Source: Pseudoxanthobacter soli DSM 19599 (GTDB lineage Bacteria; Pseudomonadota; Alphaproteobacteria; Rhizobiales; Segnochrobactraceae). From it: a stretch of DNA of 45,146 nucleotides. The position numbers and the translations under genes are program-made. Location of the stretch: assembly GCA_943372725.1 (NCBI GenBank), contig CALRZT010000001.1:1-45146 (forward strand), given 5' to 3'. Below the pieces are notes generated by a model, which had not been told where the DNA came from, made no database searches, and saw only the letters and a program-made list of their open reading frames with translations. Positions 18,963 through 28,839 of this stretch are shown here, piece by piece (the first letter of the stretch is position 1; every line of letters starts with the position of its first letter).

Positions 18963-20135
18963 TCAGAAGCGGGCGATCACCCGGCCGGTGACGACGTTGT
19001 TCGAGAAGGTGCGGCCGGGCGCGTTGGAGAGCTGGCGCTGGTAGGTGTAGTCGACCTTGAAGTCGGTCGCGTAGGTGATGAGGTTGGTGAAGGTGAGCGA
19101 GGCGCCGGGGGCGAAGTAGGTGTCCTCGCGGTCCGATCGCCCGGGCGCGGCAGACGCCGAGAACCAGCGCTCGTAGAGCCCGGCGTGGGCGCCGGCCACC
19201 AGCCAGTCGACGACCTGGACGTTGTAGTCGACGCGGGCGCCGAGCTCGATGTAGTTGCCGGGTTCGAACTGGGTGGGCACGACGTTGAGCGACGTGCCGT
19301 CGACGCCGCTCCAGCGCAGCCGCGGCCGGATGGCGAGGAGGTCGCGGTCGGCGATCAGGCCGGCGGTGGCGAAGTGGCCGGAGAGGTCGATCACCGGGCC
19401 GCTGTCGGAGGCCCAGCGGTCGCCGTAGCCGCGCCAGACGCCGCGCAGTTCCACCGCCTGCATGGCGCCGGCGAAGCGGCCCTCGAAGGTCAGGCTGGCG
19501 CCGGCCTCGCCATAGAGGAAGCTCTGGTCGAGCCATTCCAGCGCGCCGACGACGGCGGGGCGGATGGTGTAGCCGCTGTCGCCGACCGGCAGCACCGGGC
19601 CGACGCTCGCCGCCACGCCGGCGTTGTTGACGGTGTCGGCGTCCGGATACCAGATGCCGTAGCCCTGCACGTCGGTGCGCCAGCGCAGATCGCCGAGGCG
19701 GCGCTCGTCGCGCAGCCGGGCGGCGGCGAACAGCGAGGCGCTGTCCTCGTAGAAGCGCGGCTGCGACTGCTCGGTCGGGTTGCTCTCGTAGCCGACGCCG
19801 GCCTCCATCACGACCGTCGTCGAGGTGGGCTCGAGAAGGCGGCGGATGCGCCACAGGCCCTCGGAGGCTTCCGCCTGGCCGGGATCGAGCAGGAGCACGC
19901 GCTCGTATGTGGTCAGCGCCTTGCGCAGTTCGCCACGCGCCTCGGCGGCCCGCGCGTAGGCGAGGTTCGCCTCGACGTCGCGGGGGTTCGTCAGGATGCG
20001 CGCGTAGAGGACGTCGAGTTCGTCGGCGCTCGCCGGCGCGGGGACTGCGACGAGGCCCGCCGCCGCAAGGCACACGACCGCGAACGCGATCCGGATGATC
20101 GCGGTGGCGCCCGTCTCGCCGCCGTCGTCCAGCAT
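18963..20135 (-). CDS. TPR plus outer-membrane beta-barrel protein (NsrA/Slam-like architecture)
   Basis: Signal peptide (PAPASA), TPR NPRDVEANLAYA..AE..G....A...YERVL.LDP, GVGYESNP, alternating beta-strands, C-terminal Phe beta-signal; start could be 20171. Confidence 0.7.
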   Translation of the reverse strand: MLDDGGETGATAIIRIAFAVVCLAAAGLVAVPAPASADELDVLYARILTNPRDVEANLAYARAAEARGELRKALTTYERVLLLDPGQAEASEGLWRIRRLLEPTSTTVVMEAGVGYESNPTEQSQPRFYEDSASLFAAARLRDERRLGDLRWRTDVQGYGIWYPDADTVNNAGVAASVGPVLPVGDSGYTIRPAVVGALEWLDQSFLYGEAGASLTFEGRFAGAMQAVELRGVWRGYGDRWASDSGPVIDLSGHFATAGLIADRDLLAIRPRLRWSGVDGTSLNVVPTQFEPGNYIELGARVDYNVQVVDWLVAGAHAGLYERWFSASAAPGRSDREDTYFAPGASLTFTNLITYATDFKVDYTYQRQLSNAPGRTFSNNVVTGRVIARF

Positions 20136-20222
20136 GCCGTTACGCCCTGTCGCCGTCGCCCGAGCGACCACTCCCGGATCGCACGGTGGGCGATCGGGAC
20201 GTCCCCGTCAATTCGACGAAAC

Positions 20223-20238
20223 CGTGATCTCCGTCACA
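20223..20238. promoter_or_regulatory. Crp-type binding box
   Basis: CGTGA-tctccg-TCACA, 9/10 match to TGTGA-N6-TCACA; extra TCACA half-site at 20273-20277. Confidence 0.6.
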
Positions 20239-20423
20239 TCGGTCTTGGAGGCGTTCGATGATGATGTTTTCGTCACAGTTCGGGTCGCTCTTCTGCAGGG
20301 GTCGGGCGAACCGAGGGAGGTGACCCCGATCCGCGCGCCGGCCATTGCGCCAGGCGCGCGGATCGGTGATTTTTCGGCTGACGGGGCCGCAGCCACGGGC
20401 GCGGCAGATGACGGGCGGCCACC

Positions 20424-21215
20424 ATGCAGCGCGACACCATCACGGCGACAGGGATGCGAGGCGTGCGGGCGGCGGTGCTCGCCGGCGTCATGGCGGCCTC
20501 GTTCGCGGCGGGTGCGGCGGCGGAGGGCATCGGTATCGCCGCCGTGGTGGTGCGCGACGTCACCGGCTCGGCCGGCGGCGCGCCGCGGGTGCTCGGCGTC
20601 GGCACCGACGTCTTCCAGGACGAGACGATCTCCACCGCCCGGGAATCGAACGCGCAGCTGCTCTTCCTCGACCAGACCAGCCTGACGATCGGCCCGTCCT
20701 CCGACGTGGTGCTCGACCGCTTCGTCTTCGACGGCAATCGCCGCGCCAGCGACTTCGCCGTGCAGGCGACGCGCGGCGCGCTTCGCTTCGTCTCGGGCTC
20801 GTCGAAGTCTGAGTCCTACAAGGTGCGCACCCCGGTCGCGACGATCGGCGTGCGCGGCACTATCGTCGACGTGTTCGTGCGCCCGGGCGAGGCGATCGTC
20901 ATCCTCGAGGAGGGGGCGTCGGACGTCTGCATCGAGGGTGCCGGCTGCACCGGCCTCGTCCAGCCGGGCACCTATCTGGTCGTCCGCTCCGGCGGCCAGG
21001 TGGAAGGGCCGCGGGCGTGGGACGGCTCCATCCGCTCGGTGATCGGTCCGGTGTCGTTCCCGCTCTATGGCTGGCACCTCGACCTCGACCGTCGCCGCGA
21101 GTTCGTCGACACCGACCAGCCGAGCAACCTCGTCGACCAGCTCGACTCGCTGCCGAACGACGATTTCTGCGACTGCGATTTTGACGATCACGGCCACGAC
21201 AAGGGCCGCAAGTAG
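20424..21215 (+). CDS. exported FecR-domain protein
   Basis: Signal peptide; DVFQDETIST, LLFLDQTSLTIGPSS.V.LDRFVFD, GALRFVSG, TPVATIGVRGT, ILEEG. Confidence 0.88.
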   Translation: MQRDTITATGMRGVRAAVLAGVMAASFAAGAAAEGIGIAAVVVRDVTGSAGGAPRVLGVGTDVFQDETISTARESNAQLLFLDQTSLTIGPSSDVVLDRFVFDGNRRASDFAVQATRGALRFVSGSSKSESYKVRTPVATIGVRGTIVDVFVRPGEAIVILEEGASDVCIEGAGCTGLVQPGTYLVVRSGGQVEGPRAWDGSIRSVIGPVSFPLYGWHLDLDRRREFVDTDQPSNLVDQLDSLPNDDFCDCDFDDHGHDKGRK

Positions 21216-21400
21216 GCGGCGCCGCCGCTTTCCGGTCGCAAGCAGTTCATCCGGCAATCCGGTCGGAGAACCCGGCGAACTGGTCGGCGCCGGCGCTTGC
21301 CGTCGCCGCCCGGGCGTGAAGACTTCGGCGATGTTGGCGCGCCGCCGGACAGAAGGCCCTGAAGGGTCCGCGACGCGCGCCTGTCCGAGGAGACGCCGCG

Positions 21401-22108
21401 ATGCAGACCCCGAGGCCCTACCGGCCGGCGAGCGAGGACGACCCGCGCTCCGACTATGCCGGCTACAAGTCCACCGCGCTGCGCGCGCCGAAGCGGCCGC
21501 TGATTCCCATTCCCCAGACGCTGTCGGAGATCACCGGGCCGGTCTACGGCCATGAGATGATCCGCCCGACCGACCACGACCTCACCCGCCAGCACGCCGG
21601 CGAGGCGATCGGCGAGCGCATCATCGTCGCCGGCCGCGTGCTCGACGAGGACGGCCGGCCGGTACCGAACACGCTGGTCGAGATATGGCAGGCGAACGCC
21701 GCCGGCCGCTACGTTCACGCCCTCGACCAGCACCCGGCGCCGCTCGACCCGAACTTCTCCGGCGCCGGGCGGGTGGTGACGGACGAGGCGGGGCGCTACC
21801 GCTTCCTGTCGGTGAAGCCCGGCCCCTATCCCTGGCGCAACCACCACAACGCCTGGCGGCCGGCGCACATCCACTTCTCGCTGTTCGGCCCGTCGTTCCT
21901 GACGCGGCTCGTCACGCAGATGTATTTCCCGGGCGACCCCCTGTTCCCCTACGACCCGATCTTCCAGTCGGTCACCGACGAGAAGGCGCAACAGCGGATG
22001 ATCTCGCGCTTCGACATCGACCTCACCGAGCCCGAGTGGGCGACCGGCTACGTCTTCGACATCGTGCTGCGCGGCCGGGCGGCGACGCCGATGGAGGACC
22101 ACGCCTGA
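21401..22108 (+). CDS. pcaH: protocatechuate 3,4-dioxygenase beta subunit
   Basis: EIWQANAAGRY, PGPYPW, WRPAHIHFSLFG (Fe ligands Tyr, Tyr, His, His), TQMYFPGDP. Confidence 0.95.
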   Translation: MQTPRPYRPASEDDPRSDYAGYKSTALRAPKRPLIPIPQTLSEITGPVYGHEMIRPTDHDLTRQHAGEAIGERIIVAGRVLDEDGRPVPNTLVEIWQANAAGRYVHALDQHPAPLDPNFSGAGRVVTDEAGRYRFLSVKPGPYPWRNHHNAWRPAHIHFSLFGPSFLTRLVTQMYFPGDPLFPYDPIFQSVTDEKAQQRMISRFDIDLTEPEWATGYVFDIVLRGRAATPMEDHA

Positions 22109-22692
22109 TGGCCCGCACGATCACGCCCTCGCAGACCGTCGGCCCGTTCTTCCACGACGCCCTCGTGCCTTTCGACCGCGCCGGCATCGTCGCCGGCGAC
22201 GGCGTGCCGGGCGAGCGCATCGTCATCGAGGGCCGCGTGCTCGACGGCGAAGGCCAGCCCGTGCCGGACGCCATGATCGAGACCTGGCAGGCGGACGCCA
22301 GCGGCCGCTACGACCACCCCGAGGACGACCGCGCCGACGAGATGGGTACCCCCGGCTTCAAGGGCGCCGCGCGAGTGCCGACGGGCAGGGACGGCGCCTT
22401 CCGCATCGTCACCATCAAGCCGGGGCGGGTGCCGGGCCGCGGCAACGCCCTGCAGGCGCCGCACATCCTCGTCTCCGTGCTTGGCCGCGGGCTCCTGAAG
22501 CGGCTTGCGACCCGGCTCTACTTCTCCGACGAGCCGGCGGCGAACGACGAGGATGCCATCCTCGCGCTGGTGCCGGAGGATCGGCGGGCGACGCTGGTCG
22601 CGATTGCCGACGGCGCGGCGGCGGAGGGTCGCGTCTACCGCTTCGACATTCATCTGCAGGGCGACGCGGAGACGGTGTTCTTCGACGTGTGA
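22108..22692 (+). CDS. pcaG: protocatechuate 3,4-dioxygenase alpha subunit
   Basis: TPSQTVGPFF, WQAD..G.Y, QAPHI.V....RGLL..L.TR.YF, FDIHLQG..ETVFFDV; TGATG coupling to pcaH. Confidence 0.95.
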   Translation: MARTITPSQTVGPFFHDALVPFDRAGIVAGDGVPGERIVIEGRVLDGEGQPVPDAMIETWQADASGRYDHPEDDRADEMGTPGFKGAARVPTGRDGAFRIVTIKPGRVPGRGNALQAPHILVSVLGRGLLKRLATRLYFSDEPAANDEDAILALVPEDRRATLVAIADGAAAEGRVYRFDIHLQGDAETVFFDV

Positions 22693-22786
22693 AGGCGAGG
22701 CGCGTCCGAGCGGACGGCCCCTCGCTGAACCGCTCGACGGCGGGGCTGCTTGACGACGGGGCCGCTTGGCCGGACTTTCGGTCCCC

Positions 22787-23914
22787 ATGGGACGGACGCC
22801 GATTCGCGCGCCGATGCTCGCCGCCCTCGCGGCGCTTCTGGCCGCACCGCTCGCAAGCCCGGCCGCGACCGCGGCGGTGCCGCTGCCGCCGGTGCGCCCG
22901 CCGCCGAGTTGGGCGAACCCCCCGCCGGGTGCAGCTCCACCGCCGGCCGTCGCCGCGCCGGCCGAGACCCCGTCTGCCCCCGACGCTCCACCGGCCGCCA
23001 CGGCACCGGCGCCCCCGGCCACGTCGGCCGACGCCGAGGACGCGATGCCAGCGGCGCCCGCCGCCCCGTCGACCGGCGGCCGCCCGCGCTTCACCATTCC
23101 GGTCACGGCGAGCGCGCCGGCGAAGGAGCTCTTCGGCAACGTCGGCGTGCCGGCCCCGCTCGCCGCCCGCGCCATCGGCTTCTACTCCCGCGGCTGTCTC
23201 GCCGGGGCGAAGGCGCTGCCGGTCGACGGCAAGACGTGGCAGGTGATGCGGCTGTCGCGCAACCGCAACTGGGGCCACCCGGCGCTGATCGCCTATCTCG
23301 AGAAGCTCGCCGCCGCCGCCCCCAGTCTCGGCTGGCGCGGCCTCCTCGTTGGCGACCTCGCGCAGCCGCGCGGCGGGCCGATGCTGACCGGCCACGCCAG
23401 CCACCAGATCGGCCTCGACGCCGACATCTGGCTGACGCCGATGCCGAACCGCACGCTGTCGGCGAAGGAGCGCGAGGACCTCAGCGCCCAGTCGATGCTG
23501 AAGGATAACGGCGTCGAGGTAGACCCGAAGCTGTGGACGGCGGCGCACGCCCGCCTGATCCGCCGCGCCGCCCAGGACCGCGAGGTCGAGCGCATCTTCG
23601 TCCACCCGGCGATCAAGCAGGCACTCTGCACCAGTGCTGGGTCCGACCGGGCGTGGTTGTCGAAGGTGCGGCCCTACTGGGGCCACCACTACCACTTCCA
23701 CGTCCGCCTCGACTGCCCGCCTGGCAGCGAGGGTTGCCGCCCGCAGGACCCGCCCGGCTCCGGCGATGGCTGCGGCGCCGAGGTGAAGGAATGGCTCGCC
23801 AAGGTCCGCCCCCGCCCCGAGCCGGCGACGCCGGCGAAGCCGGCGAAACCGAAGCCGCCGATGCCCTTGTCGGCGCTGCCGGCCGAATGCCGGACGGTGC
23901 TGTTGGCGGAGTGA
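22787..23914 (+). CDS. mepA: penicillin-insensitive murein endopeptidase
   Basis: [50 protein letters not shown]; Pro/Ala-rich N-terminal linker. Confidence 0.92.
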   Translation: MGRTPIRAPMLAALAALLAAPLASPAATAAVPLPPVRPPPSWANPPPGAAPPPAVAAPAETPSAPDAPPAATAPAPPATSADAEDAMPAAPAAPSTGGRPRFTIPVTASAPAKELFGNVGVPAPLAARAIGFYSRGCLAGAKALPVDGKTWQVMRLSRNRNWGHPALIAYLEKLAAAAPSLGWRGLLVGDLAQPRGGPMLTGHASHQIGLDADIWLTPMPNRTLSAKEREDLSAQSMLKDNGVEVDPKLWTAAHARLIRRAAQDREVERIFVHPAIKQALCTSAGSDRAWLSKVRPYWGHHYHFHVRLDCPPGSEGCRPQDPPGSGDGCGAEVKEWLAKVRPRPEPATPAKPAKPKPPMPLSALPAECRTVLLAE

Positions 23915-23931
23915 GGGGGGCGGTCGCCGCC

Positions 23932-23959
23932 TTGACCCCCGCCGCCCTGCCGCATAACT
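23932..23959 (+). promoter_or_regulatory. possible sigma70 promoter for glyQ
   Basis: TTGACC followed by GCATAACT; spacing slightly short. Confidence 0.35.
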
Positions 23960-24009
23960 GTCGCGACCCTTCGCCGGGGGCGCTTGGGCGTCCCGCCGGG
24001 AGACCGCAG

Positions 24010-24987
24010 ATGGCCGCCGCAGCAATCGCATCCGACACGTCCCGTCCCGCCGCGCTCGACCCGATGAGCCCCGCCCGCTCGTTCCAGGGGCTGATCCTGA
24101 CGCTGCAGCGGTTCTGGGCGGAGCGGGGCTGCGCGGTGCTGCAGCCCTATGACATGGAGGTCGGGGCCGGCACCTTCCATCCGGCGACGACGCTGCGCTC
24201 GCTCGGGCCGCGGCCGTGGAAGGCTGCCTACGTGCAGCCCTCGCGCCGGCCGAAGGACGGCCGCTACGGCGAGAACCCCAACCGCCTGCAGCACTATTAC
24301 CAGTTCCAGGTGATCCTGAAGCCTTCGCCGCCGGACCTGCAGGACCTCTATCTGCAGAGCCTCGCCGCCATCGGCATCGACCCGCTGCTGCACGACGTGC
24401 GCTTCGTCGAGGACGACTGGGAGAGCCCGACGCTCGGCGCCTGGGGGCTCGGCTGGGAGTGCTGGTGCGACGGCATGGAGGTGTCGCAGTTCACCTACTT
24501 CCAGCAGGTCGCCGGCTTCGAGTGCGCGCCGGTGTCCGGCGAGCTCACCTACGGCCTCGAGCGCCTCGCCATGTACGTGCAGGGGGTCGAGAACGTCTAC
24601 GACCTCAACTTCAACGGCCGCGAGGGCGCGGAGAAGATCAGCTACGGCGACGTCTTCCTGCAGGCCGAGCAGGAGTTCTCCCGCTACAATTTCGAGCATG
24701 CCGACACCGAGGCGCTCCTGAAGCACTTCCAGGACGCCGAGGCCGAGTGCGGCCGGCTTGTCGAGGCCGGCTGGAGCGACGAGGGCGCCGCGCGCCGCCA
24801 CCTCCTGGCGCTGCCGGCCTACGACCAGTGCATCAAGGCCTCGCACCTCTTCAACCTGCTCGACGCCCGCGGCGTCATCTCGGTGACCGAGCGGCAGAGC
24901 TACATCCTGCGTGTCCGCACCCTGGCGCGCGCCTGTGGCGAGGCGTGGCTGGCGACGGAGGCCGGCGGCGGGACGCAGGCGGCGTAG
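24010..24987 (+). CDS. glyQ: glycine--tRNA ligase alpha subunit
   Basis: [60 protein letters not shown]; start could be 24064. Confidence 0.97.
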   Translation: MAAAAIASDTSRPAALDPMSPARSFQGLILTLQRFWAERGCAVLQPYDMEVGAGTFHPATTLRSLGPRPWKAAYVQPSRRPKDGRYGENPNRLQHYYQFQVILKPSPPDLQDLYLQSLAAIGIDPLLHDVRFVEDDWESPTLGAWGLGWECWCDGMEVSQFTYFQQVAGFECAPVSGELTYGLERLAMYVQGVENVYDLNFNGREGAEKISYGDVFLQAEQEFSRYNFEHADTEALLKHFQDAEAECGRLVEAGWSDEGAARRHLLALPAYDQCIKASHLFNLLDARGVISVTERQSYILRVRTLARACGEAWLATEAGGGTQAA

Positions 24988-25053
24988 CGGTCTTCCGTCC
25001 GGACGGGAGCTGCCTTATATACCTGACTGCCTCGCGAGGTAGAAAGGTATCCA

Positions 25054-25311
25054 ATGCCCCTCTCCATCAAGGACCCCGAAGCGGACCGCCTTGCGCGGGC
25101 TGTCGCGGCGAAGACCGGCGAAACCATCACGCAGGCCGTCGTCACGGCACTTCGCGAACGCCTCGCCCGCGAGGTTCGGAAGGGGGCGGACAACGACGAC
25201 CTGCTGGAGGAGGTGCTCGAAATCGGGAGGCACTGTGCCTCCTTGCCAGTCTTGGATAAGCGCTCCGACGAAGAGATTCTCGGTTACGACGAGCACGGAC
25301 TGCCCGGATGA
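25054..25311 (+). CDS. vapB: VapB family antitoxin (ribbon-helix-helix type)
   Basis: [29 protein letters not shown]; [10 protein letters not shown] tail; ATGA overlap with the toxin. Confidence 0.9.
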   Translation: MPLSIKDPEADRLARAVAAKTGETITQAVVTALRERLAREVRKGADNDDLLEEVLEIGRHCASLPVLDKRSDEEILGYDEHGLPG

Positions 25312-25700
25312 TCCTCGACACGTCGGCAATCATGGCCCTGCTTGGCCGTGAACCGGAGGCGGCGCGCATCGCCCGTGCCGTACTAGGTTCGGCCACCCGC
25401 CGTGTTTCGGCCGCGACCCTGGTCGAGGCGGGGATCGTCGTCCAGGCGCGGTTCGGTGACGACGGCGCGCGCGACCTCGACCTTCTCGTCGCCAAGCTCG
25501 CGCTCACGATCGAGCCGGTCACGCCCCGCCAGGCGGACCTCGCGCGGCGCGGCTTTCGCCGCTACGGCAAGGGTCGCCACCCGGCCGCATTGAACTTCGG
25601 CGACTGCTTCGCCTATGCCCTCGCCAGGGACACGGGGGAGCCACTGCTCTACAAGGGCGACGACTTTGCCCGGACCGACGTGACCGCCGCCCCGTATTGA
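25308..25700 (+). CDS. vapC: VapC family PIN-domain toxin
   Basis: [47 protein letters not shown]. Confidence 0.92.
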   Translation: MILDTSAIMALLGREPEAARIARAVLGSATRRVSAATLVEAGIVVQARFGDDGARDLDLLVAKLALTIEPVTPRQADLARRGFRRYGKGRHPAALNFGDCFAYALARDTGEPLLYKGDDFARTDVTAAPY

Positions 25701-25739
25701 TCGGCTCCCTGCCGACCCCTCAGAGCTCCGACCGGTGCC

Positions 25740-27902
25740 ATGCCCGAACTCCTGCTCGAACTGTTCTCCGAAGAAATCCCGGCGCGCATGCAGCGGCGGG
25801 CGGCGGCCGACCTGAAGGCGCTGGTGACCGACGGCCTCGTCGCCGCCGGCCTCGCCTACGAGAACGCCGTCGCCTACGCCACGCCGCGCCGGCTCGCCCT
25901 GCGCGTCACCGGCGTGCCGGTGCGGTCGAAGGACGTCGAGGAGGAGCGCAAGGGGCCGCGCGTCGGTGCGCCGGAACAGGCGGTTGCAGGCTTCCTGAAG
26001 GCGGCGGGGCTCACCTCGCTCGACCAGGCCGAGATCGTCGCGGACGCCAAGAAGGGCGAGTTCTACGTCGCCCGCACAAGCAAGCCCGGCCGCGAGGCGA
26101 CGGACGTCCTGGCCGAGATCGTTCCCTCGGTGGTGCGCGCCTTCCCGTGGCCGAAGTCGATGCGCTGGGGCGCCGCCTCGGCGGAAGCCGGCGCGCTGCG
26201 CTGGGTGCGGCCGCTGCACTCGATCCTCTGCACCTTCGGCCCGGAGACCGAGGAGCCGGACGTGGTGATCGTCGACGTGTCCGGCGTCGCCTCGGGCAAC
26301 ACGACGCATGGCCATCGCTTCCATGCGCCGGCCGCGATCACGGTCCGCCGCTTCGACGACTACGTCGACAAGCTCGACAAGGCGCACGTCGTGCTCGATG
26401 CCGACCGCCGCAAGGACATCATCCTGCACGATGCCCGCGACCGCGCCTTCGCGCTGGGGCTGGAACTCGTCGAGGACGAGGGGCTGCTGGAAGAGGTCGC
26501 CGGCCTCGTCGAGTGGCCGGTGGTGCTGGTCGGCTCCTTCGACAAGGCGTTCCTTCGGATCCCCGACGCGGTGATCCGCTCGACCATCCGGGCGAACCAG
26601 AAGTGCTTCGTGCTGCGCGATCCGGCCACCGGCCGGCTCGCCGAGCGCTTCGTGCTGACGGCCAACATCGAGGCGAAGGACGGCGGCAAGGCGATCGTCG
26701 CCGGCAACGAGCGCGTCGTCCGCGCGCGGCTGTCGGACGCCCGCTTCTTCTACGAGACCGACCTGAAGCTGCCGCTCGAGACGCGGCTCGAGAAGCTGAA
26801 GTCCGTCACCTTCCACGAGAAGCTCGGCACGCAGTTCGAGCGCGTCGAGCGCATCGCCCGGTTGGCGCGCGAGCTCGCGCCGCTGGTCGGCGCCGATCCC
26901 GACAAGGCCGAGCGCGCCGCCCGCCTCGCCAAGGCGGACCTCGCCACCGAGATGGTCGGCGAGTTCCCCGAGTTGCAGGGCCACATGGGCCGGCACTACG
27001 CCGAAAAGCAGGGCGAGGACCCGGAGGTCGCGGCGGCGATCGAGGAGCACTACAAGCCGCAGGGGCCGTCCGACTCCGTTCCGACGGCGCCGGTCTCGGT
27101 GGCGGTGGCGCTCGCCGACAAGCTCGACATGCTCGTCGGCTTCTGGGCGATCGACGAGAAGCCGACGGGCAGCAAGGACCCGTATGCGCTCCGGCGGGCG
27201 GCGCTGGGTGTGGTGCGGATCGTGCTCACCGGCGCTCACCGGCTGGGCCTTCTCGCGACCCTCTCCCCCGTCATAGCCCGGCTTGACCGGGCCATCCATT
27301 CTGGCGACGACAGGCGTGAGGCACTCGGGATGGATCGCCCGGTCAAGCCGGGCGATGACGGCGTGGGGGGACTGGCGACGGACCTCCTCGCCTTCCTCGC
27401 CGACCGCCTGAAGGTCCAGCTCCGCGAGCAGGGCGCGCGGCACGATCTCGTCGATGCCGTGTTCGCGCTGCCGGGGCAGGACGACCTCGTGCTCGTGGTC
27501 AAGCGGGTCGAGGCGCTCGGAAAATTCCTCGAGACGGAGGATGGCAAGAACCTGCTCGCGGGCACGCGGCGGGCCGCGAACATCCTGCGCATCGAGGAGA
27601 AGAAGGACGGCCGCGCCTTCGACGGCCCGGTCGACCCGGCCCGGCTCGTCGAGCCGGCGGAGAAGTCGCTCTATGAGGCGATCGTCGCGGCCAAGGCGAC
27701 GGCGGCCGACGCCGTGGCGCGCGAGGACTTCGCCGCCGCGATGGCCGCGCTCGCGAGCCTGCGGGCGCCGGTCGACACGTTCTTCGACGCCATCCTCGTC
27801 AACGCCGACGACAAGGCCGTGCGCGAGAACCGGCTGACGCTCCTGAACGAAATTCGCGCCGCGACGCTGACGGTGGCCGACTTCTCCAAGATCGCCGGCT
27901 GA
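25740..27902 (+). CDS. glyS: glycine--tRNA ligase beta subunit (carries an in-frame palindromic insertion)
   Basis: [71 protein letters not shown]. Confidence 0.97.
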   Translation: MPELLLELFSEEIPARMQRRAAADLKALVTDGLVAAGLAYENAVAYATPRRLALRVTGVPVRSKDVEEERKGPRVGAPEQAVAGFLKAAGLTSLDQAEIVADAKKGEFYVARTSKPGREATDVLAEIVPSVVRAFPWPKSMRWGAASAEAGALRWVRPLHSILCTFGPETEEPDVVIVDVSGVASGNTTHGHRFHAPAAITVRRFDDYVDKLDKAHVVLDADRRKDIILHDARDRAFALGLELVEDEGLLEEVAGLVEWPVVLVGSFDKAFLRIPDAVIRSTIRANQKCFVLRDPATGRLAERFVLTANIEAKDGGKAIVAGNERVVRARLSDARFFYETDLKLPLETRLEKLKSVTFHEKLGTQFERVERIARLARELAPLVGADPDKAERAARLAKADLATEMVGEFPELQGHMGRHYAEKQGEDPEVAAAIEEHYKPQGPSDSVPTAPVSVAVALADKLDMLVGFWAIDEKPTGSKDPYALRRAALGVVRIVLTGAHRLGLLATLSPVIARLDRAIHSGDDRREALGMDRPVKPGDDGVGGLATDLLAFLADRLKVQLREQGARHDLVDAVFALPGQDDLVLVVKRVEALGKFLETEDGKNLLAGTRRAANILRIEEKKDGRAFDGPVDPARLVEPAEKSLYEAIVAAKATAADAVAREDFAAAMAALASLRAPVDTFFDAILVNADDKAVRENRLTLLNEIRAATLTVADFSKIAG
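27268..27361. repeat. CGTC-type REP doublet inside the glyS coding sequence
   Basis: Arms ccgtcatagcccggcttgaccgggccatcca (27268-27298) and tggatcgcccggtcaagccgggcgatgacgg (27331-27361) are complementary at 29 of 31 positions; each contains the hairpin gcccgg-N5-ccgggc. Confidence 0.9.
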
Positions 27903-28071
27903 GGCGGCGCCGAGGGCGTTCGCGCGGCGACGGTCGCGCGAGCGGGCGCCCTCCCAAACGCATCCGATGGGGGCGCCGCACCGCCATCACCCGAACATGA
28001 TTCGACTTTCGTCGAGCCCCGCTCCATGTCGCGTCTAGCGGATGGTCCGCGGGAGTCGGGGGACTCGCATC

Positions 28072-28782
28072 ATGAAGAAGCCTCTCGCCGAGTTCATCGG
28101 CACGTTCACGCTCGTCCTCTTTGGCTGCGGTGCGGCCGTCATCGCGGGCATGGGCACCGGGCCGACGTCGATCGACGTGCTCGGCATCGCCTTCGCCTTC
28201 GGCCTCGCCATCGTCGCCATGGCCTATGGCATCGGCCCGGTCTCGGGCTGCCATGTCAATCCGGCCGTCTCCTTCGGCGTGCTGCTCGCCGGCCGCATGT
28301 CGGTCGGCGACTTCGTGCAGTACGTCATCGCCCAGGTGCTCGGCGCCATCGCCGGCGCGGTGGTGCTCTACGTCATCCTGTCGGGCAAGGCGTCGGGCTG
28401 GGCGGGCGGGCTCGGCCAGAACGGCTGGGGCGCGGGCTATCTCGGCGAGTACAACGTCGTCTCCGCCTTCGTCTTCGAGGTGGTGGCGACCTTCCTGTTC
28501 CTCGTCTGCATCCTCGGCGTGACGCAGAAGGGCAACTCTCAGCACATCACCGGGCTCGCCGGCATCGCTATCGGCCTGACGCTGGTCGTCATCCACATCG
28601 TCGGCATCAACGTCACCGGCGTGTCGGTGAACCCGGCCCGCTCGCTCGGCCCGGCGATCGTCGGCGTTGCCAGCAACCCCGGCGCGCTCGGGCAGATCTG
28701 GCTGTTCATCGTAGCGCCGCTGATCGGAGCCGGCGTGGCCGGCATCCTGTTCGGCTCCGGCCTGCTCGAAGCCGACACCTGA
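28072..28782 (+). CDS. aqpZ: aquaporin Z
   Basis: AEFIGTF.LVLFGCG, SGCHVNPAVS and SVNPARS (two NPA motifs), QNGWG. Confidence 0.9.
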   Translation: MKKPLAEFIGTFTLVLFGCGAAVIAGMGTGPTSIDVLGIAFAFGLAIVAMAYGIGPVSGCHVNPAVSFGVLLAGRMSVGDFVQYVIAQVLGAIAGAVVLYVILSGKASGWAGGLGQNGWGAGYLGEYNVVSAFVFEVVATFLFLVCILGVTQKGNSQHITGLAGIAIGLTLVVIHIVGINVTGVSVNPARSLGPAIVGVASNPGALGQIWLFIVAPLIGAGVAGILFGSGLLEADT

Positions 28783-28800
28783 GCAATCGCACTGGCAAAC

Positions 28801-28827
28801 CGGCGGCGCGGCCCCCTCGCGCCGCCG
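28801..28827. terminator. GC-rich hairpin between convergent genes (probable bidirectional terminator)
   Basis: cggcggcgcg-gccccct-cgcgccgccg, a perfect 10-bp stem; weak U-tract. Confidence 0.55.
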
Positions 28828-28839
28828 CGTTGCGCGGCC

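Noticed and set aside
16708-19044. 778-aa plus-strand ORF and similar long ORFs (7266-9299, 30232-32214, 25383-27443, 42227-44026, 558-1661)
   Set aside because: Antisense shadows of well-supported genes, expected in high-GC DNA; Arg/Gly/Ala-rich with no motifs.
21401-22108. PcaH considered as an atypical or horizontally acquired dioxygenase
   Set aside because: Fe ligands and the PYPW Trp are canonical and codon usage matches the host; nothing in the sequence supports it.
22860-23080. Pro/Ala-rich low-complexity segment in MepA
   Set aside because: Ordinary periplasmic linker, not a nucleotide repeat.
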